Shown one piece after another: positions 63,881 to 64,000 of a DNA stretch of 64,000 bases. The notes beneath the pieces are model-generated. The model did not search any database. It was not told where the DNA came from and saw nothing but the letters and a program-made list of their open reading frames with translations. Numbering within the stretch: the first letter of the stretch is position 1; each line of letters opens with the position of its first letter. The translations under genes were made by a program, and so were the position numbers. Origin of the DNA: Azolla caroliniana (lineage: Eukaryota > Plantae > Polypodiophyta); contig JBHGNT010000013.1 in assembly GCA_043228905.1 (NCBI GenBank), positions 12,586,001 through 12,650,000 on the forward strand, in the 5' to 3' direction.

Positions 63881-64000
63881 CCTATTTAGCTATCCATGAT
63901 AACCTATTTTTGTATTGGTCGCAATTGAATGTTGGAAATATTATATATCTGAGCATAATAATAAGGCCGAAAATAGGACAATAATGAGTCTTGATTCATT

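Larger units (their letters stand above)
59850..64000 (-). repeat. Higher-order tandem array of tRNA-Ser-containing units, continuing beyond the window
   Basis: Spacer blocks recur, e.g. aataaggc(a/c)gaaaataggacaataat x4 and agttttctcta(t/c)gtggtgaccaat x3. Confidence 0.92.

Noticed and set aside
59850-64000. Regularly spaced repeats resembling a CRISPR array
   Set aside because: Repeats are tRNA bodies, the spacers are themselves repeated and hundreds of bp long, the context is eukaryotic and no cas genes are present.

Overview
Eukaryotic, TE-rich plant genomic DNA. A seed-free plant such as a fern is inferred from the TE clades but cannot be proven here. There are two intact spliced genes, both on the minus strand: a LEA (At5g17165/LEA_3-like) gene at 12856-14128 and an 8-exon GH28 polygalacturonase at 20730-26901 with a GC-AG first intron and a 27-nt micro-exon. 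They lie between two nests of decayed LTR retrotransposons (1-11 kb and 39.7-54.4 kb), with LINE fragments scattered in between. The window ends in a higher-order tandem array of at least 10 tRNA-Ser genes/pseudogenes with diversified anticodons (59.9-64 kb). The most unusual signal is in three chromodomain-bearing Ty3/gypsy (Tcn1/Tf1-sushi-like) elements. (i) Each LTR starts with an antisense tRNA-like Pol III A-box/B-box module. (ii) There is no tRNA PBS; a self-priming complement covaries between the families. (iii) One copy has its R-U5 segment inverted exactly at that self-priming repeat. (iv) Gag-pol is joined by a G_TTA_AAC -1 slippery site followed by a predicted pseudoknot. All calls were made by eye, with no database searches.
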